Shown here one piece after another: positions 1 through 11,850 of a DNA stretch of 64,000 nt. Location: the NCBI GenBank assembly GCA_012523135.1, contig JAAYJD010000142.1, positions 27,294-91,293 of the forward strand, given 5' to 3'. A program made the translations under genes and the position numbers. The notes under the pieces were generated by a model. That model did not search any database. It was not told the origin of the DNA and worked only from the letters and a program-made list of their open reading frames with translations. Within the stretch, counting starts at the first letter, position 1, and every line of letters starts with the position of its first letter. The stretch is from Clostridiaceae bacterium (lineage in GTDB: Bacteria > Bacillota > Clostridia > Saccharofermentanales > UBA5734).

Positions 1-1535
1 ATTTCAGCCGCTTCGCCGCCGCCAACGCGATCCAGCTGAACGATACCCATCCGGTCATCGCCATCCCCGAGCTGATGCGCATCCTCGTCGATCAGCAGAA
101 GATGGACTGGTCCGCAGCATGGCAGATCACCCAGGCCGTCTTTTCTTACACCAACCACACGATCATGTCCGAAGCGCTGGAAAAATGGGACGTTGGTATT
201 TTCCAGTTTCTCTTTCCGCGCCTGCTGCAGATCATCGAGCGCATCGACAGCCAGTTCCGCCAGGATGTGCGCCGTCGCGGCCTGAACGAAGATCAGGTCA
301 ACCATCTCAGCCCGCTGGGCGACGGCAAGATCCGGATGGCCTGGCTGGCGGTTTACGGCAGCCACGCGGTCAACGGCGTCGCGGCCATGCATACGGATAT
401 CCTGAAAAAGGACACGATGAACGGCTTTTATACGCTCTGGCCGAACAAATTCAGCAACAAAACCAACGGGGTCACACCGCGCCGCTGGCTGAAAGTCTGC
501 AACCCGGGTCTGGCCGGCCTGCTGACCGAACTGTCTGGCAAAGATGACTGGATCCGCGACCTGGATGCCCTGGAATCCCTCAAGCCATACGGCCATGACC
601 AGCAGGTCCTGGAGCGCTTGCTGGCGATCAAGCAGGCGAACAAGCAAAGCCTTGCCCGCTACATCGGGCAGACCGAGCAGATCGCGATCGATCCGCACTC
701 GATCTTTGACGTCCAGATCAAGCGCCTGCATGAATACAAGCGCCAGCTGCTCAACGCGCTGGTGATCCTGGACGATTACTTCAATATCCGTGAAGATCCG
801 GACCGGGCGATCGTCCCGGTTACCTACCTGTTCGGCGCCAAAGCCGCTCCAGGATATTTTCGGGCGAAAGCGATCATCAAGTTCATCAATGAGGTCGCCC
901 GTCTCGTCAACCAGGATCCGGTGGCCAGCCCCTACATGAAGGTCGTTTTCATGCACAATTACAATGTATCGCGAGCCGAGCGCATCTTTCCCGCCGCGGA
1001 TATCTCCGAGCAGATATCCACTGTGGGCATGGAGGCATCCGGCACGGGCAACATGAAGTTCATGATGAACGGGGCGCTGACCCTGGGAACCTGCGACGGC
1101 GCCAATGTGGAGATTGCCGAAGCGGCCGGGTATGAGAACAATTTTATCTTTGGCTGCCGCGTCGAGGATTTCTCCAAGACGATCGGGGACTATAATCCGC
1201 GCTGGCAGTATGAGCACATCCCCGGTTTGCGGCGCTGCATCGACGCGCTGGTTGACGGCACCCTGGACGACCAGGGAACCGGCATGTTCCTGGACTTGTA
1301 CAACGGCCTGCTCAACGGGTCCAGCTGGCAGCCGGCCGACCCCTATTATGTCCTGGGCGATTTTGACGAATACCGGACCAACCGTCACAACAGTCAGTAC
1401 GCCTATCTGGAGCGGCTCGCGTGGGCCGGCAAGTGCTGGAACAACATCACCAGCAGCGGCCGTTTCAGCTCGGATCGCACGATCCGGGACTATGCCGCGG
1501 AGATCTGGCGCATCGAGGGCACGCCGATCGGCTGA
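1..1535 (+). CDS. glgP: glycogen/maltodextrin phosphorylase, C-terminal ~510 aa (5' end outside window)
   Basis: The frame is open from the left edge. It has LNDTHP and the PLP-lysine block EASGTGNMKFMMNGALTLGTCDGANVEI, and ends in TGA at 1533-1535. Confidence 0.95.
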   Translation, partial: FSRFAAANAIQLNDTHPVIAIPELMRILVDQQKMDWSAAWQITQAVFSYTNHTIMSEALEKWDVGIFQFLFPRLLQIIERIDSQFRQDVRRRGLNEDQVNHLSPLGDGKIRMAWLAVYGSHAVNGVAAMHTDILKKDTMNGFYTLWPNKFSNKTNGVTPRRWLKVCNPGLAGLLTELSGKDDWIRDLDALESLKPYGHDQQVLERLLAIKQANKQSLARYIGQTEQIAIDPHSIFDVQIKRLHEYKRQLLNALVILDDYFNIREDPDRAIVPVTYLFGAKAAPGYFRAKAIIKFINEVARLVNQDPVASPYMKVVFMHNYNVSRAERIFPAADISEQISTVGMEASGTGNMKFMMNGALTLGTCDGANVEIAEAAGYENNFIFGCRVEDFSKTIGDYNPRWQYEHIPGLRRCIDALVDGTLDDQGTGMFLDLYNGLLNGSSWQPADPYYVLGDFDEYRTNRHNSQYAYLERLAWAGKCWNNITSSGRFSSDRTIRDYAAEIWRIEGTPIG

Positions 1536-1550
1536 AGGTTCGAAAACGGC

Positions 1551-2051
1551 TCAGAAAAACGAGACACCGTATTTGATCAGGCTGAAAACGAGTGTTAAGG
1601 CGATCGCGGAGATCAGGCCGCCTAAGGCGACGCACAGCAGGGACTTGCGGAAGTTGAAACCCAGAACCGAGGCCACCATGCTGCCGGTCCAGAGCCCGGT
1701 GCCGGGCAGCGGGATCGCGACAAACAGGATCAAGGCCGCCTCCGTCGATTTTTCGAATTTGCGCGCATAGCGGCGCACCTTCTGGTCGATCGCCGTCGTG
1801 AACCAGTTCATCCAGGACAGGCGGCTCAGCCAGTCCAGAATGCGGGTGTAGAGCAACAAGAGGATGGGAACAGGCAGCAGGCTGCCGATAAAGGCCAGGA
1901 TAAAGACCAGCCAGGGGTTCATGTCCCAGTAGATCCCCAGCGGGATGGTCGCCCGCTGTTCGGTGATCGGGATCGCCGAGCCAATCAGGATGATCAGGGC
2001 GCGAGCGTTGCCGAAAAGCGATTCGAGAAGCGTGATGATGCTGTCTTTCAC
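1551..2051 (-). CDS. small multidrug-export-type membrane protein (COG2426/PF06695-like)
   Basis: 166-aa polytopic ORF with a GTG start and GGGAGG RBS. The layout (PITEQRATIPLG, PLPGTGLWTG) resembles the Sm_multidrug_ex family as I recall it. Confidence 0.65.
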   Translation of the reverse strand: MKDSIITLLESLFGNARALIILIGSAIPITEQRATIPLGIYWDMNPWLVFILAFIGSLLPVPILLLLYTRILDWLSRLSWMNWFTTAIDQKVRRYARKFEKSTEAALILFVAIPLPGTGLWTGSMVASVLGFNFRKSLLCVALGGLISAIALTLVFSLIKYGVSFF

Positions 2052-2065
2052 AAAATCCTCCCGTG

Positions 2066-2938
2066 TCAGGTCATGGACTCGTTTTTGGGCACGTGTATCT
2101 CGAGGCTGACGATTTCAGGCAACGAGAAGAAACGCAGCGGAAACAACACGCAGCCCAGGCCCCGGCTGATGCAGCCGGTCATGTCGCCCAGTTTGAGGCA
2201 GCCTTTATCATAGCCGATCCTGGGCAGTTTTTCATCTCTTAAAACATGAAATTCGAGCCGGAACGGCATCCAGATCTGGCCGCCGTGGAAATGGCCGCCG
2301 CAGAACCAGGCTGCCTGACCGGGCGGCAGGTCGAGCAGGCTGTCCGGATTGTGGACCAGGACCAGCGTGTGCCGCGGCGATAGCCCAGTCTGCCGCGCCT
2401 CGCCCAGGGCCCGGTCCACATCGAGCGTCCCCTGGCGCCGGTCATCCAGGCCGATCACCTGCCAGGCCCGGCCGCGGATCTGGTGCACATGGATCTGGTT
2501 GCGCAGGACATGGACACCTGCTTGCTGCAGCAAACGCATGCCGTCCCCGCTGTCATGGTTGCCCGGAACGGCCAGCCAGGGGATCCCCGTCAGGTTTGGC
2601 AGTTCCCTGAGCCGGGAAAGCAAAGCCGCGGCCGCAGGTTCGAACGCTTCGCGGCCGGCCAGATCGCCGCCAAACAGCACCAGGTCCGGGTTCAGCGGCT
2701 CCAGTGCGGCCAGCAGCCTGGCTTTTGGAATACGCATGCGGTCCATGTGCAGGTCGGTCAGCAAAACGACACGTAAAACATCCGCCGGCTCAGCGGCCGC
2801 CTGCACGCCTGACAGCGGCTGGCAGCCGGGCAGGACGACATGGGTCACCTCAAGCCGGGTCGGTTCCCAGATGCCGCGCAAAAGGCAAGCCAGGCCGACG
2901 ATGCCGACAAGGATCGCAATAAACCAACCCGGATTCAT
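2066..2938 (-). CDS. calcineurin-like metallophosphoesterase with N-terminal TM helix
   Basis: Motifs LTDLHMD, GGDL, PGNHD, LVHNPD and GGHFHGGQ are present in canonical order. Confidence 0.85.
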   Translation of the reverse strand: MNPGWFIAILVGIVGLACLLRGIWEPTRLEVTHVVLPGCQPLSGVQAAAEPADVLRVVLLTDLHMDRMRIPKARLLAALEPLNPDLVLFGGDLAGREAFEPAAAALLSRLRELPNLTGIPWLAVPGNHDSGDGMRLLQQAGVHVLRNQIHVHQIRGRAWQVIGLDDRRQGTLDVDRALGEARQTGLSPRHTLVLVHNPDSLLDLPPGQAAWFCGGHFHGGQIWMPFRLEFHVLRDEKLPRIGYDKGCLKLGDMTGCISRGLGCVLFPLRFFSLPEIVSLEIHVPKNESMT

Positions 2939-2953
2939 CGGCAGCTCAGACGC

Positions 2954-3730
2954 TCAAAAACCAAGCGTAGTCAGGAACGCGACACACTCGTCTATCCAGC
3001 CGCATAGGTCGGGATGATCTTCCGCCAGGCCCAGGCCATGGGCCCCGTGGGGATAGATGTGGCAGGCAAACGGAATCTGGCGGGAAGCGAGGCTGGAAGC
3101 GAACAGCAGGCTGTTTTCGACCGGAACACCAGGATCGTCTGACGTGTGCCAGATGTAGGCCGGCGGCGTGCGCCGGTCGACCCGGTTTTCCAGTGACAGG
3201 TCGCTGATCTGGGTCGGCGTGGCCGCCTCGCCGAGCAGGTTGATCCGGCTGCCGAGATGACCGGACCTGCTGAACGTGATGACCGGGTAGCAGAGCACCA
3301 TGGCATCCGGCCGGCAGGCGTCCTGATCCCACATGGTTCCGGCAGAAGCAGCCAGGTGACCGCCGGCAGAAAAGCCGAGAATGCCGACCTTGTCCGGGAA
3401 ATTGCCCGCGGCGGCGCGCTCCCTGGCCAGCAGGATGGCCCGCCGGGCATCCTGATATGGCGATGGGTGCCGGTCGGGACTGACCCGGTAATCCAGCACA
3501 TAGGCATTAAGGCCGAGGTCGTTGAGGCGACGGGCGACCGGCTCGCCCTCATGCGGCGCCTTGTTGGTATAGCCGCCGCCGGGGCAGACGATGACGCTGC
3601 CGCGGTTCTGGCCCTCCGGGGCCGGATACCAGGTCATGGACGGCAAACACGACTTGAAGGTGCCGATCGCGCTGACGCTACCGACATGCCGCTCCTCTTC
3701 AAACCAGAGCGAGATTGTTTCAGATGCCAT
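2954..3730 (-). CDS. alpha/beta hydrolase, acetyl-esterase/lipase type
   Basis: It has the CPGGGY oxyanion region and the GFSAGGHLA nucleophile elbow. The start is trimmed to the ATG at 3730, which has an AGGAGG RBS. Confidence 0.8.
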   Translation of the reverse strand: MASETISLWFEEERHVGSVSAIGTFKSCLPSMTWYPAPEGQNRGSVIVCPGGGYTNKAPHEGEPVARRLNDLGLNAYVLDYRVSPDRHPSPYQDARRAILLARERAAAGNFPDKVGILGFSAGGHLAASAGTMWDQDACRPDAMVLCYPVITFSRSGHLGSRINLLGEAATPTQISDLSLENRVDRRTPPAYIWHTSDDPGVPVENSLLFASSLASRQIPFACHIYPHGAHGLGLAEDHPDLCGWIDECVAFLTTLGF

Positions 3731-3847
3731 ATGGGTGAACCCTCCTGTTGAAGCGATTTTACCGCAAATGTGCGGCCGAGTTGTCAAACCGGGAAAAAAT
3801 CAGTTAGAATGAAGCAGGCTCCGCGGTGGGCAGGCTGCCAGGCCTGA

Positions 3848-6601
<2,754 letters not shown>

Positions 6602-6606
6602 CCACG

Positions 6607-7458
6607 ATGACAAATGCGAATCAAGACCCAACCAACCGACTCAGCCAGATCAAATGCTGGCTGCTGGACATGGACGGAACCATCACCCTGGGCGAGGAAG
6701 CCTTGCCGGGCGCCGCGCCGTTCTTTGCCAGCATCAGGGAACAGGAACACATCTTTTTGACCAATAACTCCTCACATGCCAGGAGCCATTACCTGGCCCG
6801 GCTTGGCCGGATCGGCATTCCGGCCAGCCCCGAACAGATCCTAACCTCGACCGACGCCATGGCCCTTTACCTGAAAACGATCGGACCTGCCGCGCGGCCC
6901 GTGCGCATCTACCCCGTCGGCACGCCCGGGTTTGAGCAGGATCTGCTCGCTGCAGGCATCGAGCTGGAAAAAGAGCGCGAAAAGGAAATCGATTTTGTCG
7001 TGCTCGCCTTTGACACCAGCCTGGTGTACGAAAAACTGGATGTGGCCTGTGACTACATCCGCCGCGGCATCCCGTATCTGGCGACCAACCCGGACCTGGT
7101 TTGCCCCCTGGCCGGAGGCCGCGTGCTGCCGGACTGCGGCGCCCTGATCGCCTATATGCAGACCTGCACCGGCATCGATCCGCAAAAGGTGATCGGCAAA
7201 CCGCAAACGGCCATGATCGATATGGTTCTGGCCAGCCGCCCCTTTCGCCAAGAGGAGCTGGCCATGGTCGGCGACCGCATCTACACCGATATCGCCTCCG
7301 CCCGCAACGCTGGCATTTTATCGATCGCCGTCCTGTCCGGCGAAGCGACCCGTGAAGATCTTGAACAGGCCAGCGTCAAGCCGGATCTCATCTTTGCGGA
7401 TGTCGGTGAACTGGCAGACTGCCTGGAGAAGCAGCGGGCTGCGGGGAGGCCGTCATGA
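6607..7458 (+). CDS. HAD-IIA family hydrolase (NagD-like sugar phosphatase)
   Basis: It has LLDMDGT (DxDGT), a downstream GKP, and the MVGDRIYTDI motif. Confidence 0.85.
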   Translation: MTNANQDPTNRLSQIKCWLLDMDGTITLGEEALPGAAPFFASIREQEHIFLTNNSSHARSHYLARLGRIGIPASPEQILTSTDAMALYLKTIGPAARPVRIYPVGTPGFEQDLLAAGIELEKEREKEIDFVVLAFDTSLVYEKLDVACDYIRRGIPYLATNPDLVCPLAGGRVLPDCGALIAYMQTCTGIDPQKVIGKPQTAMIDMVLASRPFRQEELAMVGDRIYTDIASARNAGILSIAVLSGEATREDLEQASVKPDLIFADVGELADCLEKQRAAGRPS

Positions 7459-8099
7459 TGCGGGGAAGATGCCGGCTGCGGACTTGCCTGACGCTGTTGC
7501 TCACCGCCCTCTGGCTGCTGGCGGCGGGCTGCGCCGTGAAGGCGGAAACCGACCTGCACGGCTACCGCGAGACCGACCAGGTCAGCCGCTATGTGGCGAT
7601 CGTCATGCAGGGAAGGCCATCCGCCATGATTATCGAGCTCAATCCGGACATCGCTCCGATCACGGCCGCCAATTTTCAAAAGCTGGTCGGCGAGGGCTTT
7701 TATGACGGGCTGACCTTTCATCGGGTGATTGACGAAAAGCTTATCCAGGGCGGTGACCCGGAAGGGACAGGCCGGGGAGGCCCGGGCTATACGATTAAAG
7801 GCGAATTCAGCGTCAATGGCATCAGCAACGTGCTCAACCACGAACGGGGCAGCCTCTCGATGGCCCGCAGCGAAGACTACGATTCGGCCGGATCACAGTT
7901 TTTCATCTGCCTGACGCGGCTGGAGGATCTGGACCGGAAATACGCGGTCTTCGGCTCGGTGATCGCCGGCATGGAAACCGCAGACACGATCGGGGCTGTC
8001 GCCAACAGCGGCAGTCCGAACAACCGGCCCGACCAGCGGCAGGTGATGGCGCGTGTCTTTTTTGTCGAACCGGACGATTCGGACGCGCCCGGCGGCTGA
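7455..8099 (+). CDS. cyclophilin-type peptidyl-prolyl isomerase, probable lipoprotein
   Basis: It has a lipobox LLAAGC, then FHRVI...IQGGDP...GGPGY and SMAR...GSQFFI. Its ATG overlaps the upstream TGA (ATGA). Confidence 0.9.
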   Translation: MMRGRCRLRTCLTLLLTALWLLAAGCAVKAETDLHGYRETDQVSRYVAIVMQGRPSAMIIELNPDIAPITAANFQKLVGEGFYDGLTFHRVIDEKLIQGGDPEGTGRGGPGYTIKGEFSVNGISNVLNHERGSLSMARSEDYDSAGSQFFICLTRLEDLDRKYAVFGSVIAGMETADTIGAVANSGSPNNRPDQRQVMARVFFVEPDDSDAPGG

Positions 8100-8113
8100 C
8101 CTGTCTGCTGGCG

Positions 8114-8506
8114 TCATGGGTCCGGCAGCACCTGGTGCAGCCATTCGATCCAGTGGGAACGTGTTTCTTCGCTGATCGCATGTTCCATGCGGCAGGCATC
8201 CTGCTCGGCTGTCTCGGCGTCGAGCCCCAGAATTTCAATCAGAAAGCGTTTCAGCATCCGGTGGCGCTGCATGATGTTGGCCGCGCGCTGCCGGCCCTGC
8301 TCGGTCAGATAAATCTGGCCGTAGTGCGCCTGGGCGATCAGGCCGGCTTCCCTGAGAACGCCGACCGCCTTGTAGACGCCGGCCTTGGAGACATGCAGGT
8401 GGCTGGCAATATCCACCGAGCGAACCGCTTCACCGCGCTGTGACAGCTCCAGGATTTTTTCCAGGTAGTCTTCGTTTGACGGCGACAGTTTACGTTTCGT
8501 GGCCAT
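8114..8506 (-). CDS. DtxR/MntR-family metal-dependent transcriptional repressor (no SH3-like tail)
   Basis: The N-terminus SNEDYLEKILEL..VRSVDIA..L.VSKAGV is a wHTH, followed by a metal-site region (RHRMLKRFL..LG...AEQDACRMEH). It is the last gene of the feo operon. Confidence 0.85.
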   Translation of the reverse strand: MATKRKLSPSNEDYLEKILELSQRGEAVRSVDIASHLHVSKAGVYKAVGVLREAGLIAQAHYGQIYLTEQGRQRAANIMQRHRMLKRFLIEILGLDAETAEQDACRMEHAISEETRSHWIEWLHQVLPDP

Positions 8507-8750
8507 GCGGGGCTCCTTCGTCTTTGCCCACCGCCGGACGCGGTTTTCCGGCAGCCTGGCGGGACGGACAGCTGTTCAGGGCACATGCGCTGCAGGACGA
8601 GCAGGCGGCGCAGCCCTGGCTGCGTTTGAGCAGCCTGCGGACCAGAATGAAAAGAGCGGCAGCCAGCAGGGCCGCGACGGCAAGATAGGGTGACAGCCGC
8701 AGCCAAAAACTGCTGCAGGCGATCTGGATCGGATCAAGGTTAACGAACAT
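8490..8750 (-). CDS. FeoB-associated Cys-rich membrane protein
   Basis: One TM helix is followed by GCAACSSCSACALNSC. It lies immediately downstream of feoB. Confidence 0.65.
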   Translation of the reverse strand: MFVNLDPIQIACSSFWLRLSPYLAVAALLAAALFILVRRLLKRSQGCAACSSCSACALNSCPSRQAAGKPRPAVGKDEGAPHGHET

Positions 8751-8814
8751 TTTTCACTCCAGTTTCATTGTAACAGAACAGCCGGGTCCTGTTTTGACCT
8801 GCAAACACGTCACG

Positions 8815-10737
8815 CTAACCCAGTCCCAACAAACGGCCGCCCTGGTAGATCAGGAACGCGAAAAGCCAGGCCACACCGGTCTGGTAGGCGACTGCTGTCA
8901 AAGTCCAGCGCCAGCTGTTCATCTCTCGGCGGATGGCGCTGAAGGCGGCGATGCAAGGCATGTACAGCAGCGTGAAGATCATGAAGGCATAGGCGGACAA
9001 CGGGGTGAACAGGGTTTGCAGGCCGCCTTCAGGCAACAAAATTTGAAACGTCGCGACGACGGATTCTTTGGCGATCAGCCCCGTCAGCAAGGCCACCGAT
9101 GCCTGCCAGCTGCCGAAGCCGAGGGGACGGAAAAGCGGTGCCAGCGATGACCCCAGCCAGCCGAACATGCTGGAGGAACCATCGGTGACACGCCGGAAGG
9201 TGATGTCAAAGGACTGGAAAAACCAGACGACGACCGTCATGACAAAAATGATTGTCCCGGCTTTGATGATAAAATCCCGGACTTTGTCCCACACATGGAG
9301 CAGCAATGACTTGGTGTCCGGAAGCCGGTATGGCGGCAGCTCGATGATGAATGGCGCATCCGCGCCGCGCAGAACGGTTCTGCTGAAGACAAAAGCTGTC
9401 AGCACCGCGATCACGATCCCGGTCAAATACATCGAGAACGTCACCAGGCCTTTGTGTGTGCTGAAAAAGACGCCGGCCAAAAAAGCGTAGATCGGCATGC
9501 GCGCGCTGCAGGACATGAAGGGCGTGATCAGGATGGTCAGACGCCGGTCGCGTTCGGACTCCAGCGTCCGGGCCGCCATGACGGCCGGAACGGTGCAGCC
9601 GAAGCCCATCAGCATCGGGATGAAGCTGCGCCCCGACAGGCCCAGCTTCTGGAAAATCCGGTCCGTGATGAAGGCGGCGCGGGCCATGTATCCCGTATCT
9701 TCGAGCACGGACAAGAAGAAAAACAACAGCGTGATCTGGGGCAGAAAGGTGAGAATGCCGCCTACACCGGACAGGATTCCGTCGATCAGCAGGGAACCGA
9801 TCCACTCCGGAGCCGCTGCCGCGTCCAGCCAGCGGGTGATGCCCGAGGCGACGGTTTCGGAAAAAAAGATGTCCAGCAGGTGGGTCAAGCGGCCGCCCAG
9901 CGCTTCGCTGAAGGTAACCTGGAAGACCGTCAGCATGACCAGCAGAAAAATCGGAATGGCCAGGATCCTGTGGGTCAGGAAGCGGTCGATCTTATCCGAG
10001 CGCGACAAGGCCCCGCGCTGATGGCTGTGCTGCAGGACCTGGTCGTGAATCTGCGCGGCATGCCGGTACATGGCTTCTGTTTCCGCTTCGGTCTCAGGCC
10101 GGAAGGTGTGCAGAACCGACTTTTCCTGCGCCACGGCATGGGTCGCACCGCCTGTTGCATCGTCGGCCCGCCTGCCGGCTGGGGCGCAGCAGCCCGAGCG
10201 GCCCTGGTGGCGGTGCCTGCGGCCCGGCCGGCGGCGCCGGCAGCCGAGCGATGACACTTCGGAGATCGCGTCAACCAGTTCGTCCAGCCCTTCGCCTTTT
10301 TTTGCTGAGATCGGGACCACCGGGATCTGGAGAAGCTGCGCCAGGCGATCAATGTCCAGCTTGTCCCCATGGCTCAGGATCTCGTCCATCATGTTCAGGG
10401 CGACGATCAGCGGCCGGCCCAGCTTTTTCAGCTGCAAGGTCAGGTAAAGGTTGCGCTCCAGATTGGTGGCGTCGATGATGTTGACGACCACGTCCGGACA
10501 TTCGTCAACAATATAATTGCGGCTGATCGTCTCTTCCAGGGAATAGGGGGACAGGCTGTAGATGCCCGGCAGGTCGATGATGACCATTTCGCGGTCCGTG
10601 TGCCGGACATGGCCGGTTTTTTTCTCAACGGTGACGCCAGGCCAGTTGCCGGTTGTCTGGCGCGTTCCGGTCAGCCGGTTGAACAAGGTGGTCTTACCGC
10701 TGTTGGGGTTGCCGGCCAGGGCGATGCGGACACTCAT
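8815..10737 (-). CDS. feoB: ferrous iron transporter B
   Basis: The G-domain has GNPNSGKTTLFN and DLPG, followed by a long polytopic permease domain. Its ATG overlaps the feoA stop (ATGA). Confidence 0.95.
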   Translation of the reverse strand: MSVRIALAGNPNSGKTTLFNRLTGTRQTTGNWPGVTVEKKTGHVRHTDREMVIIDLPGIYSLSPYSLEETISRNYIVDECPDVVVNIIDATNLERNLYLTLQLKKLGRPLIVALNMMDEILSHGDKLDIDRLAQLLQIPVVPISAKKGEGLDELVDAISEVSSLGCRRRRPGRRHRHQGRSGCCAPAGRRADDATGGATHAVAQEKSVLHTFRPETEAETEAMYRHAAQIHDQVLQHSHQRGALSRSDKIDRFLTHRILAIPIFLLVMLTVFQVTFSEALGGRLTHLLDIFFSETVASGITRWLDAAAAPEWIGSLLIDGILSGVGGILTFLPQITLLFFFLSVLEDTGYMARAAFITDRIFQKLGLSGRSFIPMLMGFGCTVPAVMAARTLESERDRRLTILITPFMSCSARMPIYAFLAGVFFSTHKGLVTFSMYLTGIVIAVLTAFVFSRTVLRGADAPFIIELPPYRLPDTKSLLLHVWDKVRDFIIKAGTIIFVMTVVVWFFQSFDITFRRVTDGSSSMFGWLGSSLAPLFRPLGFGSWQASVALLTGLIAKESVVATFQILLPEGGLQTLFTPLSAYAFMIFTLLYMPCIAAFSAIRREMNSWRWTLTAVAYQTGVAWLFAFLIYQGGRLLGLG

Positions 10738-10988
10738 GAGACGGGCTCCTGCCGCGTGTCCACCAGGATGTCGCGGGCGTCCTTGCGCCGGATCGAAAGC
10801 GCGTAGTTGCGGATGTTGATCTCCATAGGGTCACCGAGCGGTGCGTATTTGCGCACGATCAGCCAGGCGCCGGGGGTCACCCCCATGGCGATCAGGCGCT
10901 GCCGCAGCCCGGTGCTGCCGCCAACCGCTGCGACGCGGCCGGATTGGCCAGGTGTGAGATCACTCAAAGGCTTGACAGCGTCTTGCAT
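10734..10988 (-). CDS. feoA: FeoA family protein
   Basis: 84-aa SH3-like protein (LRQRLIAMGVTPGAWLIV, GDPMEINIRNYALSIRRKDA) directly upstream of feoB. Confidence 0.9.
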   Translation of the reverse strand: MQDAVKPLSDLTPGQSGRVAAVGGSTGLRQRLIAMGVTPGAWLIVRKYAPLGDPMEINIRNYALSIRRKDARDILVDTRQEPVS

Positions 10989-11003
10989 ACAGGACTCCCA
11001 TCG

Positions 11004-11052
11004 ATAAAGTTAACTATGGTTAACATTTTACCGAAAAAAAACAGCTTGTCAA
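11004..11052 (-). promoter_or_regulatory. feoA promoter (-35 TTGACA, 16-nt spacer, -10 TAAAAT) with GTTAAC-N4-GTTAAC dyad just downstream
   Basis: On the minus strand, TTGACA is at 11052-11047 and TAAAAT at 11030-11025. The dyad AAAGTTAAC-TATG-GTTAACATTT spans 11006-11028, just before the GGGAG RBS. The -35 also sits inside a CAGCTTG-N-CAAGCTG palindrome followed by a T-run, which could alternatively terminate the upstream gene. Confidence 0.5.
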
Positions 11053-11069
11053 GCTGGGAAATAGCCAGT

Positions 11070-11318
11070 TCAAGCATGCCTGTCGAGGTGGTGTTTGTTC
11101 ATAAAGTCCATGATCCGGGCGCAGTCTTCCGGATACTCGCAATCGACATGCAACCTGATTTCTTCGGCGATCGTCAGCAGGGTGGACAGGCCAACCAGGG
11201 CTGACAGCATGCTGTCGGCAACCAGCCGGTCGCCTTCCTCCGTGACAAAGGTGACCTTGCCCCGGCATTCACGCATGATCCGGGAGAATTCTTGTGCGAT
11301 GTCTTTGCCTGCTGTCAT
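11070..11318 (-). CDS. small hypothetical protein (82 aa), possibly HPr-like fold
   Basis: Only the last 82 codons of the 318-aa track ORF look protein-like. The pattern GKVTFVTEEGDRLVADSMLSALVGLS loosely recalls small clostridial HPr-family proteins, so the function call is weak. Confidence 0.45.
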   Translation of the reverse strand: MTAGKDIAQEFSRIMRECRGKVTFVTEEGDRLVADSMLSALVGLSTLLTIAEEIRLHVDCEYPEDCARIMDFMNKHHLDRHA

Positions 11319-11399
11319 GCTCTCATGTGCTCCGTTGATGGATTGCTTTGCGTTTTTCAAAACCCTATTGTACACTAATGAAATATAAAGGTCGAGGGC

Positions 11400-11720
11400 A
11401 TGGCGGTTGATTCTACCTGTTTCACAAGCCAGGCCGGCCGAATCAGGCAAAATAACAAGAGGTGGTGCGGTTTGTTTTTTTATCTGCTCAGTCTGGCAGC
11501 GTGCTTGATCTTGACGATATCGGTGGCGATGATCCTGACCCGCTGCCTGACCGTCAACTGGGAGCGCAAGAACAAGCATCCCCTCAGCTACCTGCTGCCG
11601 GTTGCCCTGACCGTGGTCCTGCTTTATGTCAGCCTGACGCTGACGGTACCCACGCTGCTCGACTCCGTGGCCATCGTCAACGACACCCTGACCGTCGAGG
11701 AAATAACGGTTGACGGATAG
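11400..11720 (+). CDS. two-TM membrane protein; the frame continues past an in-frame TAG to 11882
   Basis: 106-aa ORF ending in TAG at 11718-11720. The same frame stays open for 53 more codons (ALQRFSLVVHGRTLHVNPWQYPLTPGQTVRVAYTPRSRFILEVIEIVQDTPQS) up to the TGA at 11880-11882. Confidence 0.55.
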   Translation: MAVDSTCFTSQAGRIRQNNKRWCGLFFYLLSLAACLILTISVAMILTRCLTVNWERKNKHPLSYLLPVALTVVLLYVSLTLTVPTLLDSVAIVNDTLTVEEITVDG

Positions 11721-11850
11721 GCATTGCAGCGGTTTTCTCTGGTTGTGCATGGGCGTACGCTGCATGTCAATCCCTGGCAATACCCGCTGACGCCAGGTCA
11801 GACGGTCCGTGTGGCCTATACACCGCGCAGCCGGTTCATACTTGAGGTGA

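Noticed and set aside
11718-11720. TAG reassignment or pyrrolysine as the explanation for the in-frame amber codon.
   Set aside because: An intact RF1 (prfA, 45025-46098) is encoded in the window. TAG also terminates otherwise well-formed genes here, namely 12863-13516 and the MerR-GGDEF gene ending at 28588. No pyl genes are seen.
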